Of a stretch of DNA of 64,000 nucleotides, positions 11,050 through 20,230 are shown piece after piece (positions within the stretch are counted from its first letter, which is position 1; every line of letters begins with the position of its first letter). Origin of the DNA: an uncultured delta proteobacterium. Its GTDB lineage: Bacteria; Desulfobacterota; Binatia; Binatales; Binataceae. Location of the stretch: the NCBI GenBank assembly GCA_963834535.1, contig CAWICC010000004.1:1179966-1243965 (forward strand), given 5' to 3'. Position numbers and translations under genes: made by a program. Under the pieces are notes generated by a model. That model saw nothing but the letters and a program-made list of their open reading frames with translations. It searched no databases and had not been told where the DNA came from.

Positions 11050-11265
11050 TCAGGAGCTTCGGCGGATGCGATCGGCTTCGGCGCGCAGGGTCGCGTAGCC
11101 GAACGGCGGCTGCAAGCCGGCCACGCCAATACCGTGCAAGCGGCGCGAGTAGCTCGCCATCGCGCCGATGATGTGGGCGACCGCGCCGGCGGCCTCCTCA
11201 GTGAACTCGTAGTCGAAGAGTTCGCGGCCGAGGAGTTTGACAGTTTCCGGGTTGAGTCTTGCCAT
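11050..11265 (-). CDS. small (71 aa) protein immediately upstream of the amidase; possible AtzG/GatC-like (DUF4089-like) amidase partner
   Basis: The ORF sits between the CoA-transferase stop (11282) and the amidase start (11011) on the same strand. Size and position match the atzG-atzE arrangement. Family assignment is from memory only. Confidence 0.5.
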   Translation of the reverse strand: MARLNPETVKLLGRELFDYEFTEEAAGAVAHIIGAMASYSRRLHGIGVAGLQPPFGYATLRAEADRIRRSS

Positions 11266-11281
11266 TGTTCGCGCTCCTGGC

Positions 11282-13609
11282 CTAATGGGTGCGGATGATG
11301 CGGCGGGCAGTCAGATCCGCGATGCGATCCTTCGTGTAGCCGAGCATCTCCGAGAGAATCTCTTCCGTGTGCTCGCCGAGCAGCGGAGCCGCCCGATCGA
11401 CCTTGCCGGGGGTTGCCGCGAACTTCGTGAGGATGCCGGTTTGCGAGACCTTGCCCCATTGCGAATGGTGGAGGTCGAGGATCAGATCGTTGGCGATCGC
11501 CTGAGGATCGGCGAAGAGGTCGCCGAAGCGGTTTACCGGCATGGCGGGAACGTTCGCCGCGCGCAGGGCTGAGATCGCCTCGACGCGATCGGGGATGCGG
11601 AAATACTCGCTCAAGGCGGCCGCGAGCTTGCCATCGGCCGGTGCGGCCGCGGCGTCATCGAAGGCGGCGGGCGCGTCGATGCCGGTCAGTCCGCGGATCG
11701 CATCCCAGTGGGTGGCGGCCGCGGCGGCGAGGAAGATCCAGTTGCCGTCGCGGCACTCGTAAGCCCGGCTCAGGGCGCCGGCGCCGCGATATTCGGCCTG
11801 TCCATTTTCCAGGTCGGGCCGGCCCTTGTAGAAGATGAACTCACCGGCCTGAAACGCCATCGCAGATTGCAAGAGCGAGGTCTCGCACATCTGGCCGCGG
11901 CCGGTGCGGGCGCGCGCATTCAGAGCGAGCACGCAGCCGTATGCAGAGAGCATCGCGGCACCGTAATCGCAGATCGCGCAGGTGAGATAGACGGGATGGC
12001 CGTGATGGCCGCCCTGCGCCGCCATCACGCCGGAACGCGCCTGGAGCAGCGGATCGAATCCGGGCTGATCGTGTTCGGGACCGCGATTGCCGAAGGCGGT
12101 GACCGACATGTAGATGAGCCGCGGGTTGATGGCTGACAGCGTTTCGTAGTCGAAACCGTAGCGCCGCATCCGGCCGGGCCGCAGATTCTCGACGATAATG
12201 TCGGCGCGCTGGGCGAGGCCCCGGATGATCTCACGGCCCTCGGGCTTCGTGAGGTCGAGGGAGATGCCGCGCTTGCCCTCGTTCCAACCGAGGAAGCCAA
12301 AGCCGAAATGGCGAAAGGCGTCGCCTTCGAGGCTTTCGATCTTGATAATGTCGGCGCCCATCTGCGCAAGAATCATGGGACCGTACGAGCCCGCTATGTA
12401 GCTACAGAAATCGAGCACGAGAACGCCCGTGAGCGGGCCGCGAGCGGTGCCGTGACAGGCGCCGGCAAGAGTCGCCGGCGGCGAGGATTCATCGAGCCAG
12501 CGGAGCGCGTCGGTGATGCCGTCATGGGAGAGCGCGGGTGCGGGGCCCGCAATTTCACCGGGCGTCGCGAGCAGATTTACGGGGATACCGGGTTGCACGG
12601 TTGCGCCGAGCGTCGGATCGGAGAGTTCGCGGCGCATCGCGAGCGCGTGCGTCTGCGGATGGTTCATGAATTCGTCGCGGGTCATTACGGGAGCGCAAGG
12701 GACGTCGGCCTCGCGCAGGATCGCGAGCCATTCATCGCGCGGGCGGGTCACGATGATGGCTTCGAGAATCTCCTTGAGGGTCTGCCAGTTTTCTTTGGGC
12801 ACGCCCCATGGCGCGCCTTCGAAACGGGGGTCGGCGACGAGGTCGGGGCGATCGAGGGCGAGCGCGAACTTGTTCCAGAAGGTCATGTTGCCGCAGGCGA
12901 TAAAGATGTAGCGGCCGTCGCTGCCGGCGAAAAGGCGGTAGCAGGGGATGGGTCCGAGGGGATCCTGCGGGCCGTGGTAGAGCGAGGTCATCTTCTCGTG
13001 GCGCATGATGCCGCCGGTCTGCAGGGCGAAGGCGCCGGCCAGCATTGAGGCTTCGACGGCCTGACCGGGACCGTCACCGCGGGCGAGGAGGGCGGCGGCG
13101 GCACCTGTCGCGCCCATCACGGCGGCGGCGTAGGCGGCGGCAGGAAAGGTGAGTGGAACCGGATTTCCGCTGCGCGACCATTGGGTGCCGGAGATCGCGC
13201 CGAGGGCCGCGACGAGTTCCTCGCCGGCCTCGAAATCGGCCTCGGGTCCGCGGTTTCCGAAGGGCGGGAGTTCGAGGGCGATGGCGCGTGGATTGATCGC
13301 GGCGATCGATTCGTGATCGAGGCCCATCTGACGGGCGCGTGCGGGCGTCCATCCGCTGATGATGACGTCGGCGCGGGCGATAAGCTTCGCTGCGGCGGCC
13401 TTGGCCGTGGTTGCAGAGAGGTCGAAGAAGATCGATCGCTTGCTCCGATTGAGCGCGTGAAAATGAGGCGTGCCGCGAGCCGGGTCGCCGCCGGGCGGTT
13501 CGACCTTGACGACGCGTGCGCCTTGCTCCGCCATCAGCATCGCGGCGTATGCGGCCGCCAGGTTCGAGCTGAATTCGATTACGACGACGGCATCGAGAGC
13601 CTTAGCCAT
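11282..13609 (-). CDS. tandem-fused family III (CaiB/BaiF) CoA-transferase, two complete domains in one 775-aa chain
   Basis: The N-half begins MAKALDAVVVIEFSSNLAAAYAAMLMAEQGARVVKVEPPGGDP. The C-half begins LTGVLVLDFCSYIAGSYGPMILAQMGADIIKIESLEGD. Both resemble the stand-alone 394-aa enzyme at 58427-59611. Confidence 0.85.
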   Translation of the reverse strand: MAKALDAVVVIEFSSNLAAAYAAMLMAEQGARVVKVEPPGGDPARGTPHFHALNRSKRSIFFDLSATTAKAAAAKLIARADVIISGWTPARARQMGLDHESIAAINPRAIALELPPFGNRGPEADFEAGEELVAALGAISGTQWSRSGNPVPLTFPAAAYAAAVMGATGAAAALLARGDGPGQAVEASMLAGAFALQTGGIMRHEKMTSLYHGPQDPLGPIPCYRLFAGSDGRYIFIACGNMTFWNKFALALDRPDLVADPRFEGAPWGVPKENWQTLKEILEAIIVTRPRDEWLAILREADVPCAPVMTRDEFMNHPQTHALAMRRELSDPTLGATVQPGIPVNLLATPGEIAGPAPALSHDGITDALRWLDESSPPATLAGACHGTARGPLTGVLVLDFCSYIAGSYGPMILAQMGADIIKIESLEGDAFRHFGFGFLGWNEGKRGISLDLTKPEGREIIRGLAQRADIIVENLRPGRMRRYGFDYETLSAINPRLIYMSVTAFGNRGPEHDQPGFDPLLQARSGVMAAQGGHHGHPVYLTCAICDYGAAMLSAYGCVLALNARARTGRGQMCETSLLQSAMAFQAGEFIFYKGRPDLENGQAEYRGAGALSRAYECRDGNWIFLAAAAATHWDAIRGLTGIDAPAAFDDAAAAPADGKLAAALSEYFRIPDRVEAISALRAANVPAMPVNRFGDLFADPQAIANDLILDLHHSQWGKVSQTGILTKFAATPGKVDRAAPLLGEHTEEILSEMLGYTKDRIADLTARRIIRTH

Positions 13610-13731
13610 GGCCGTATAATCGCAGCATTGGGCGCCGAATCAAGCAGCGAAACGGGTCCGCTGCTCGTTACCCGGCAGGTTGAAGTGCGGGCGGTTAAGA
13701 GGATTTCATACCGTCCGCAGACTCGCGGTGA

Positions 13732-14265
13732 TCACACGGGAGGAACAGGAAAAATGTCTATGGTGCCGCCCTTGTCATGCTTGAACTGTCCGCCACAATA
13801 GGCCCATTTGTAACTGCCGGAAATCTCGGTTCCGTTTGCCACGGTACTCTTGAAATTGAGTTCGCAAGTCTTCTTCTCGAACTGCGCGTGGCTAAGGTGA
13901 AGCCGTACCATTTTTGCAGTAGCCCGCCCGTTGAATTCCCCCAGAAACGAGGTGCTGCTGAACGTTGCCGACCATCCACCGCTCAGTTTGCGATTGGTTT
14001 GCGTGATCGAGATGGTCAAGGTGCCGGCGCCCATATCGTCGTCGGAGATAGTGCCGCTCCAAGTGCCCTGCACGTTGATCGGCAGCGGCAATTTGTCGGG
14101 CGATACAGCATCGGAATCGACGCCGTTAGAGGAGACATCGGCGTCGGGGAGAGCGTCCTGGGCGCGGGCGAACATCGCGGGCGAAGCAACGATTCCCAGG
14201 GTGAACACTATCGCGAGAGCGAGGCCCGACCGTCTTATCTTTAGACCTGAGACATTCATAACCAA
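13732..14265 (-). CDS. secreted hypothetical protein
   Basis: 177 aa. N-terminal signal-like segment LALAIVFTLGIVASPAMFARAQD. No family recognised. Confidence 0.55.
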   Translation of the reverse strand: MVMNVSGLKIRRSGLALAIVFTLGIVASPAMFARAQDALPDADVSSNGVDSDAVSPDKLPLPINVQGTWSGTISDDDMGAGTLTISITQTNRKLSGGWSATFSSTSFLGEFNGRATAKMVRLHLSHAQFEKKTCELNFKSTVANGTEISGSYKWAYCGGQFKHDKGGTIDIFPVPPV

Positions 14266-14351
14266 CCTTTTTGCTGAGCGTCTTTACTTGAAGGCCTTCG
14301 TAATTACGTTAGCCTGCGTTAACCCACGCCGTATTTTCTCTGCTGGCGAAC

Positions 14352-14382
14352 TGAAAAGCGAGTACCCCGTCTTGATTCGGGG
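14352..14382 (-). terminator. possible rho-independent terminator after the lipoprotein gene
   Basis: On the minus strand: CCCCG-aatcaaga-CGGGG (14365-14369 / 14378-14382), followed a few nt later by cttttc. Confidence 0.35.
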
Positions 14383-14440
14383 GCAAGCTGCAACTGCGCG
14401 GAGTAATCAAATCAGCGGCGGCGCCGAAGGATCGGCTGTC

Positions 14441-14866
14441 TCAATCGCCAAAGAAGATCTCGTTGGGCGGCCACGACATGGCATTCATGTATTCCTCGGA
14501 GGCGGCTTGATCATTCATTTCCGCGGACACTTCATTCTGATTGGCGAGTTGTTCCGTCAGCTTGATCCGCTGGTAGGCGTCGTAGGCCTTTTCACCGCCG
14601 CTGTAGATGCAATTGCAGTAATATGGGTCGGCGTACCAATAGTGCATCTTGCCGTTGTGGGGAAAGAAATGCATTTGGAGGGGCGTCAGGCTCTGCAACT
14701 GCTGCTGGCGTGCCGGAGTGTCGGCAGGAAGGGCATGGAAGCCGGCGGCGGAGAGCATCGGCGCGACACGCTGCGCATGCTGGGTGGGCGTCTCCTGGGT
14801 GGCGGCACATCCGGCGACGATGGCGGTTAATAAGGCAGCGATTGCGACGCTAGTGATTTGGCGCAT
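14441..14866 (-). CDS. lipoprotein, function unknown
   Basis: Start chosen at the internal Met (rc of cat at 14864-14866). MRQITSVAIAALLTAIVAGC has a lipobox (IVAGC). The longer 196-aa ORF has an implausible Arg/Pro-rich leader. Confidence 0.6.
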   Translation of the reverse strand: MRQITSVAIAALLTAIVAGCAATQETPTQHAQRVAPMLSAAGFHALPADTPARQQQLQSLTPLQMHFFPHNGKMHYWYADPYYCNCIYSGGEKAYDAYQRIKLTEQLANQNEVSAEMNDQAASEEYMNAMSWPPNEIFFGD

Positions 14867-15006
14867 GGGAGAGTTATACGGATGCGCGCGCCGCTGTTCC
14901 AGACGGGGCATTGGCGGTCGCCGGGAAGGGAAGGTGGCGTGGCGCAAACGGCGGCATGGAAGCTTCATGTGCGCGGGAATAAGATGACGGATGGGAAGAT
15001 GTCGGC

Positions 15007-15561
15007 ATGAGCATAGCCCGCGAACTATCACGGCGAATCGCGATCGCGACGAAGACGATGACGACGGCTGCGATTATTGCTGCGGGGATCGCGATCGCGT
15101 CGATGGCCACGCCGACGATCGCGATCGCACAGAACTTCACAGTGGATACGGGGGCGAGCGACGCGCTCACCAGCTACCTGCGGCAAAATCGGTTACCACT
15201 GGTTGGCGCGCAAATCGGAACGTCCTCGACCGGCGCGCGGCGGCTGGTGCTCTACGGTTATGTAGCGACCCAGATGGGGAAAGACGACGCCCAGACCAAG
15301 GCGCTAGCTCATCTCGGAGCGCCGCCGCCCGAGGTCATCAACCGCATCGTGATCCAGCCTGAACTGGCGAACATGAGATCGAGCGGAGAAGCCGGCGATC
15401 AGGACGCGTCGCAGGGTGAGGCGACGACCGGCTCGATCAACGACTACGCCGGGAGTGGTGGGCCGAGCGGAGCATTTCCGGGGCAATCCTTCGATAAGGT
15501 GGTTGACGATATCCAGCGCTACGGCATCAAGAACATGCCCGACGATTCGACCGCGCCGTAG
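15007..15561 (+). CDS. secreted hypothetical protein (start uncertain: 15007 or Met at 15058)
   Basis: Signal-like MTTAAIIAAGIAIASMATPTIAIAQN followed by a low-complexity acidic C-terminal region. No family recognised. Confidence 0.5.
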   Translation: MSIARELSRRIAIATKTMTTAAIIAAGIAIASMATPTIAIAQNFTVDTGASDALTSYLRQNRLPLVGAQIGTSSTGARRLVLYGYVATQMGKDDAQTKALAHLGAPPPEVINRIVIQPELANMRSSGEAGDQDASQGEATTGSINDYAGSGGPSGAFPGQSFDKVVDDIQRYGIKNMPDDSTAP

Positions 15562-15624
15562 AATCGGCCGGCCTACCGGCGACGGGGCAGCGCGGGCATT
15601 CGCCGTGCTACAATCATCGGCACC

Positions 15625-17640
15625 GTGACCGACCGCATAATCCAGCTCAGAAGGACGCCGGACTCCGCCGCCGCCGAGCGCAATTTCCGCATCAAGTACG
15701 CGGAACTGCTGAATCCCGCGCAGCTCGCAGCGGTGACCCACCGGGACGGTCCGATGCTGGTGGTGGCGGGCGCCGGTTCGGGCAAGACGCGCACGCTCAT
15801 CTATCGCGTCGCCAGGCTGATCGAAAGCGGCGTACCGCCCGGTGCGATCCTGCTGCTGACGTTCACGCGGCGCGCCGCGCAAGAGATGTTGCGGCGGGTC
15901 GAGCGCCTCGTCGGCGACCGCGGCGGCGAGGTCTCCGGCGGCACCTTTCATTCGTTCGCCAACCTCGTGCTGCGCGGCTCCGGCGCACCGATCGGACTCA
16001 AGCCGAATTTCACCATACTTGATCGCTCCGACATGGAGGACGTGGTCAACCTGCTGCGCACGCGGATGGGTCTCGCGTCAAAGGACCGCCGCTTTCCGAA
16101 GAAGTCCACCCTGGTGGAGGCCATCAGCATGGCGCGCAATAAGCATCGCGATCTCAAGGAGGAACTCGAAGCCGACTTCGCCCATCTGCTCGAACACGAG
16201 GCCGAAATTCTCGCGCTCGCGGCCGGCTACGAGGCCTACAAGCGCGAGCGTGCGATGCTCGATTACGACGACTTGCTCTATAGCCTTGCGGAACTCCTGC
16301 AGCAGCATGAGCCGACCCGCCGCCGACTATCCGACACCTATCGCTACATCATGATCGATGAGTACCAGGACACCAATCTCATCCAGGCCGAGTTGGTGCA
16401 GCTCCTCGCGATGACTCATCGCAACGTGATGGCGGTGGGCGACGACGCACAATCGATCTACTCGTTTCGCGGCGCGAATTTCCGCAACATCCTCGACTTC
16501 CCGCAGTTCTTCGAGGGCGCGCGGGTGGTTAAGCTCGAAGAGAATTACCGCTCGCTGCAGGGCATTCTCGATCTCGCCAACGAAGTCATTTCGCGCGCCT
16601 CGGAAAAGTACACCAAGGCCCTGTTCACGCAGCGCGAGGGCGACCTGCGGCCCCTGCTGGTGCGCGCGCAGGACGAGCACACGCAGTCGCGCTTTATCGC
16701 GCAGCGCATCCTCGAGTTGCGTGAGGAAGGCGTGGAACTCAGCGAGATCGCGGTGTTGTTCCGATCGAGCTTCCATGCCTTCGATCTCGAACTCGAGTTG
16801 CAGCGCCGCGACCTGCCGTTCGTCAAGCGCGGCGGCTTCAAGTTTATCGAGACCGCGCACATCAAAGACGTGCTGGCCCATCTGCGCGTCATCACCAATC
16901 CCATCGATGCAGTCTCCTGGATGCGCATCCTGGTGCTCGTCAACGGCGTCGGTAATCGCCGCGCCGAGCGCCTGATCGAAGAAGTCGTCGCGGCGCCCGA
17001 CCCCGCCGCCGCCCTTCGCGAGAGCGCGGCAAACGTCGGCATCCGCGCGCAAACTGCTCTCGACGGCTGCGCCCGGCTGAGCCATCTACTGAGTGAGTTG
17101 CGCGCCGAAGGCCGGCGGCCGGCCGATCAGCTCGCCCAAGCGATTGACTACTACGGGCCGATCATGCGCGAGGCTTATCCCGACGATTATCCGAAGCGCG
17201 AGCGTGACCTCGAACATTTCCAGAACCTCGCCGAGCGTTATCGCAGTCTCGACGGGATGCTCGCCGATATGGCGCTCGAGCCGCCCAACGACTCCATCGG
17301 CGACGTTCTTGCCGTCGAGCCCGAGGAAGGCTACGTCACGCTCAGCACGATCCATTCCGCCAAGGGCCTCGAATGGCGTGTGGTATTCATAATCTGGGCG
17401 GCCGAAGGACGCTTTCCCGGTCCGATGAGCGTCGGCGCCGACGAGATCGAAGAGGAGCGCCGCCTGATGTACGTCGCCAGTACCCGCGCCCGCGACGAAC
17501 TATACCTGTCCTATCCGATACACATGTTCGACCGCGCGATGGGCTTCGTGATGGGCCGCCCGTCGCGCTTTCTGGAAGACCTCTCCGCCGACATCCTCCC
17601 AACTGCATTATTGCAGGAAGAAGAACAGGACGTAGTGTGA
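15625..17640 (+). CDS. ATP-dependent DNA helicase, UvrD/PcrA/Rep (SF1) family
   Basis: 671 aa. Walker A AGAGSGKTRTL, motif II IMIDEYQDTN, motifs NYRS and VLFRS, and C-terminal TIHSAKGLEW..YVASTRARDELY. Confidence 0.92.
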   Translation: MTDRIIQLRRTPDSAAAERNFRIKYAELLNPAQLAAVTHRDGPMLVVAGAGSGKTRTLIYRVARLIESGVPPGAILLLTFTRRAAQEMLRRVERLVGDRGGEVSGGTFHSFANLVLRGSGAPIGLKPNFTILDRSDMEDVVNLLRTRMGLASKDRRFPKKSTLVEAISMARNKHRDLKEELEADFAHLLEHEAEILALAAGYEAYKRERAMLDYDDLLYSLAELLQQHEPTRRRLSDTYRYIMIDEYQDTNLIQAELVQLLAMTHRNVMAVGDDAQSIYSFRGANFRNILDFPQFFEGARVVKLEENYRSLQGILDLANEVISRASEKYTKALFTQREGDLRPLLVRAQDEHTQSRFIAQRILELREEGVELSEIAVLFRSSFHAFDLELELQRRDLPFVKRGGFKFIETAHIKDVLAHLRVITNPIDAVSWMRILVLVNGVGNRRAERLIEEVVAAPDPAAALRESAANVGIRAQTALDGCARLSHLLSELRAEGRRPADQLAQAIDYYGPIMREAYPDDYPKRERDLEHFQNLAERYRSLDGMLADMALEPPNDSIGDVLAVEPEEGYVTLSTIHSAKGLEWRVVFIIWAAEGRFPGPMSVGADEIEEERRLMYVASTRARDELYLSYPIHMFDRAMGFVMGRPSRFLEDLSADILPTALLQEEEQDVV

Positions 17641-17694
17641 TCTGCTCGCGAAACCTTCGCGTGTGAAAAATTTTCAGCCGCACTATCTACTAGG

Positions 17695-17731
17695 CGATTA
17701 CTCACTCGAATAACTGCCCGATTACTAACTC
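17695..17731 (+). repeat. direct repeat CGATTACTMACTC x2 (17695-17707, 17719-17731) upstream of the sigma-54-type promoter
   Basis: Read directly: 12 of 13 positions are identical, with a 24-nt period. This could be an activator binding site (speculative). Confidence 0.4.
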
Positions 17732-17739
17732 CCTGCCTT

Positions 17740-17755
17740 TGGCACAGTAACTGCT
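17740..17755 (+). promoter_or_regulatory. sigma-54 (RpoN) -24/-12 promoter candidate
   Basis: TGGCACagtaacTGCT matches TGGCAC-N5-TTGCW, with GG and GC spaced exactly 10 nt apart (GG at 17741-42, GC at 17753-54). It lies 58 nt upstream of the ATG at 17812. Confidence 0.6.
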
Positions 17756-17811
17756 GATTTAGCTATTGAGATCGATTGGACTTCGATGTTCATTCGAAGG
17801 GAGCGAAAGAT

Positions 17812-17973
17812 ATGCTGTATTGGGCAGTAGTATTTCTGGTCGTCGCGCTGGTCGCCGGGGTCTTGGGGATGTACGGAGTGGCAGGCATTTCCGCCGAGAT
17901 CGCACGCACGCTGTTCTTCATCTTCATTGTTCTTTTTATCGTTAGTCTGATAATGGGCCGAAGAGCGGTATAG
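17812..17973 (+). CDS. UPF0391/DUF1328 small membrane protein (YtjA-like)
   Basis: [51 protein letters not shown] is the typical DUF1328 sequence. The start is taken at the internal ATG of ORF 17776..17973. Confidence 0.85.
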   Translation: MLYWAVVFLVVALVAGVLGMYGVAGISAEIARTLFFIFIVLFIVSLIMGRRAV

Positions 17974-18025
17974 TGCGCGCTTAGTTCGAGGGAATTATCG
18001 AGCGCCCAACGCGAAGAGGTCCGGG

Positions 18026-18250
18026 ATGAAAGGATTAATCTTAATTGGTGCCGCGTTGGCGCTGCTGGGGCTCATCGGCCTCGCGATGCCGTACTTCACG
18101 ACCACGGAGACCAAAGATGTGGTAAAGCTCGGCGACCTGAGTGTTCAGTCCAAGGAGCAGACGCCTCACGAGATCCCTCCGCTGGTCAGCGGTGGAGTGC
18201 TCGCAATCGGCCTCGTGATGATGGGCGCCGGCATGATGAAACGCACCTGA
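18026..18250 (+). CDS. small two-TM membrane protein (DUF3185-like)
   Basis: 74 aa with two hydrophobic helices flanking a polar loop (LILIGAALALLGLIGLA ... GGVLAIGLVMMGAGMM). Confidence 0.6.
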   Translation: MKGLILIGAALALLGLIGLAMPYFTTTETKDVVKLGDLSVQSKEQTPHEIPPLVSGGVLAIGLVMMGAGMMKRT

Positions 18251-18325
18251 CATCCACTCGTTGAGGCAACTCCGCTGCCCGCGGGACGGCAGTGGGCAGA
18301 GTTCCCTCGCGCCCTTGTGCGGCCC

Positions 18326-19285
18326 CTACGCAGCCTTCGCGATGCGCGCGTAATGGTTCGCGATTTCCTTCCCGATCAACTCCATCTGTCCCGCCCATGC
18401 GCCCGGCTCGGCCACCGGCCACAGCACGAACTTATCCAGACCGACATCGATATATTCCTGCAGCCGCCCGATTATGTCATCGGGCGATCCGAAGACCGTA
18501 CGCTGCAGGAATGCCTCGCCGCCGCGGCCCATCGAATCGAGCATCGGCCGCATCTCCTCCATCGCACGCTCGCGCGTCGGCGCCAGCCGACATAGCAGGA
18601 TCAGTCCCGATTCGATATGAGCATCGGCGCGTCCAGCTTCCGCGGCATAGCGATGGATGGTTTCCATGCTGCGGGCAAATTCGTCAGGCGCCTGAAACGA
18701 TGCGAAAAAGCCATCACCGAGACGCGCGGTGCGTTTCAACGCGGCGTCGGACTTGCCACCCACCCACAGATCGATCGTGCCCGAGTTGTTATGTTCGCGA
18801 CGCACCGGGCGCGGCTCGATCGTAACGTTGTCGAAGTTGAAGAACTTGCCGTGGAAGCTGGTGTTAGCCTCGGTCCACACCTTGCGCAGAATCATGATGC
18901 CTTCGTCGAGACGCCGCCCGCGTCCCTCCGTCGGAATTCCGCAAGCGTTGTAGTCGGCCAGGTTCGCCCCGGTCCCGACCGCCATCACCATGCGCCCTTT
19001 CGACAGGTAGTCGAGCGTGGCGAAGGCCTTCGCCGTGATTAGCGGATGGCGCAGGTTGAGCAGGAACACGCTCGGTCCAAGTTTGATTTGCGAGGTGCGC
19101 GAGGCGATCAGCGAGAGCGTCGCCACCACGTCGAGTTCCGGCGACGGTGCGAGCAGATGATCGGAGAGCCAGAACGAATCGAGTCCCCATTCCTCGGCGC
19201 GCTCCGCGACTTGCGCGATAGTCTCGGCCGTGGGCATCCCGAGACGGAAGAGGCCGAATCCAACGCCGACTTTTACCTGCTTCAT
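18326..19285 (-). CDS. LLM-class (luciferase-like) flavin/F420-dependent oxidoreductase
   Basis: Start at MKQVKVGVGFGLF (rc of cat at 19283-19285). Also DSFWLSDHLL and GRMVMAVGTG, with TIM-barrel LLM-type features. Confidence 0.8.
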   Translation of the reverse strand: MKQVKVGVGFGLFRLGMPTAETIAQVAERAEEWGLDSFWLSDHLLAPSPELDVVATLSLIASRTSQIKLGPSVFLLNLRHPLITAKAFATLDYLSKGRMVMAVGTGANLADYNACGIPTEGRGRRLDEGIMILRKVWTEANTSFHGKFFNFDNVTIEPRPVRREHNNSGTIDLWVGGKSDAALKRTARLGDGFFASFQAPDEFARSMETIHRYAAEAGRADAHIESGLILLCRLAPTRERAMEEMRPMLDSMGRGGEAFLQRTVFGSPDDIIGRLQEYIDVGLDKFVLWPVAEPGAWAGQMELIGKEIANHYARIAKAA

Positions 19286-19337
19286 GCTTTTACTCCCATC
19301 TATGCGCTGCTTCCTGACGGTGATAATAACAATGTTT

Positions 19338-20111
19338 ATGAGCAAATCGCCATTGGGGCCGCGGGGTCTCGAGTTGACGATTCTGGGTACCGGTGACGCC
19401 TTCGCCAGCCACGGCCGCTTTCAGTCTGGATATATCATCGACAGTCCCGATTGCCGAATCCTGATGGAAGTCGGTCCGACCACGCTATGCGCGATGAAGC
19501 GGATGAACTTCAAGCCCGCCGATATCGACGTGATTCTGATCAGCCATCTGCACGGCGATCACTTCGGCGGCCTGCCATTTTTGTTGCTTGAATATCTATA
19601 TGAAAGTCCGCGGACCAAGCCGCTGACGATCCTCGGGCCGCAGCATCTCGAAGAACGCACCTGGCGTCTGTTTCGGACGATGTTCCCCGGCACCAAGCCG
19701 GACTTGCCTCGTCTCCTCCGCAAGCTGCGTTTCGTCGTAATCGAGCCGGGCAGCGACAGGAAAATCGGACCGATTCGCGTGCGCGCGATTCGCACGCCAC
19801 ACATGAAGCGTGACCTTTCGCTGGCCCTGCGGATCGAGTCCGCAGGCAGGAGTATCGCATTTTCGGGCGACAGCGGATGGACCGAGGATATGTTGCCGTT
19901 CGTTGCCGGTGCAGATCTTTTCCTCTGCGAATGCACCTACTTCGAAAGCGCGCAACTCGACTTTCACATGAACTATCCGCAGCTTGACGCCAACCGCACG
20001 CGTTTCGACGTCGGTCGGATGGTGCTGACTCATATTGGCCGCGAAGTGCTCGACCGGGACCGCGAGGTCAAGCTCGAGATGGCCCACGACGGCATGCACA
20101 TCAAGGTCTAA
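19338..20111 (+). CDS. MBL-fold metallo-hydrolase (RNase Z/PhnP-like)
   Basis: LTILGTGDAF ... ILISHLHGDHFGGLPFLL (HxHxDH motif). The start could be 19332 or 19338. Confidence 0.8.
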   Translation: MSKSPLGPRGLELTILGTGDAFASHGRFQSGYIIDSPDCRILMEVGPTTLCAMKRMNFKPADIDVILISHLHGDHFGGLPFLLLEYLYESPRTKPLTILGPQHLEERTWRLFRTMFPGTKPDLPRLLRKLRFVVIEPGSDRKIGPIRVRAIRTPHMKRDLSLALRIESAGRSIAFSGDSGWTEDMLPFVAGADLFLCECTYFESAQLDFHMNYPQLDANRTRFDVGRMVLTHIGREVLDRDREVKLEMAHDGMHIKV

Positions 20112-20230
20112 CCCTGAAAAACGCTTTATTTTTAAGGCTGATCAAAATAATTTCGTCGAATCGAATTAATTCTCGAATATATCCCGCAACCCATCGTCTA
20201 CTATTATGAGTTCACAAAAACCAAATAGTT

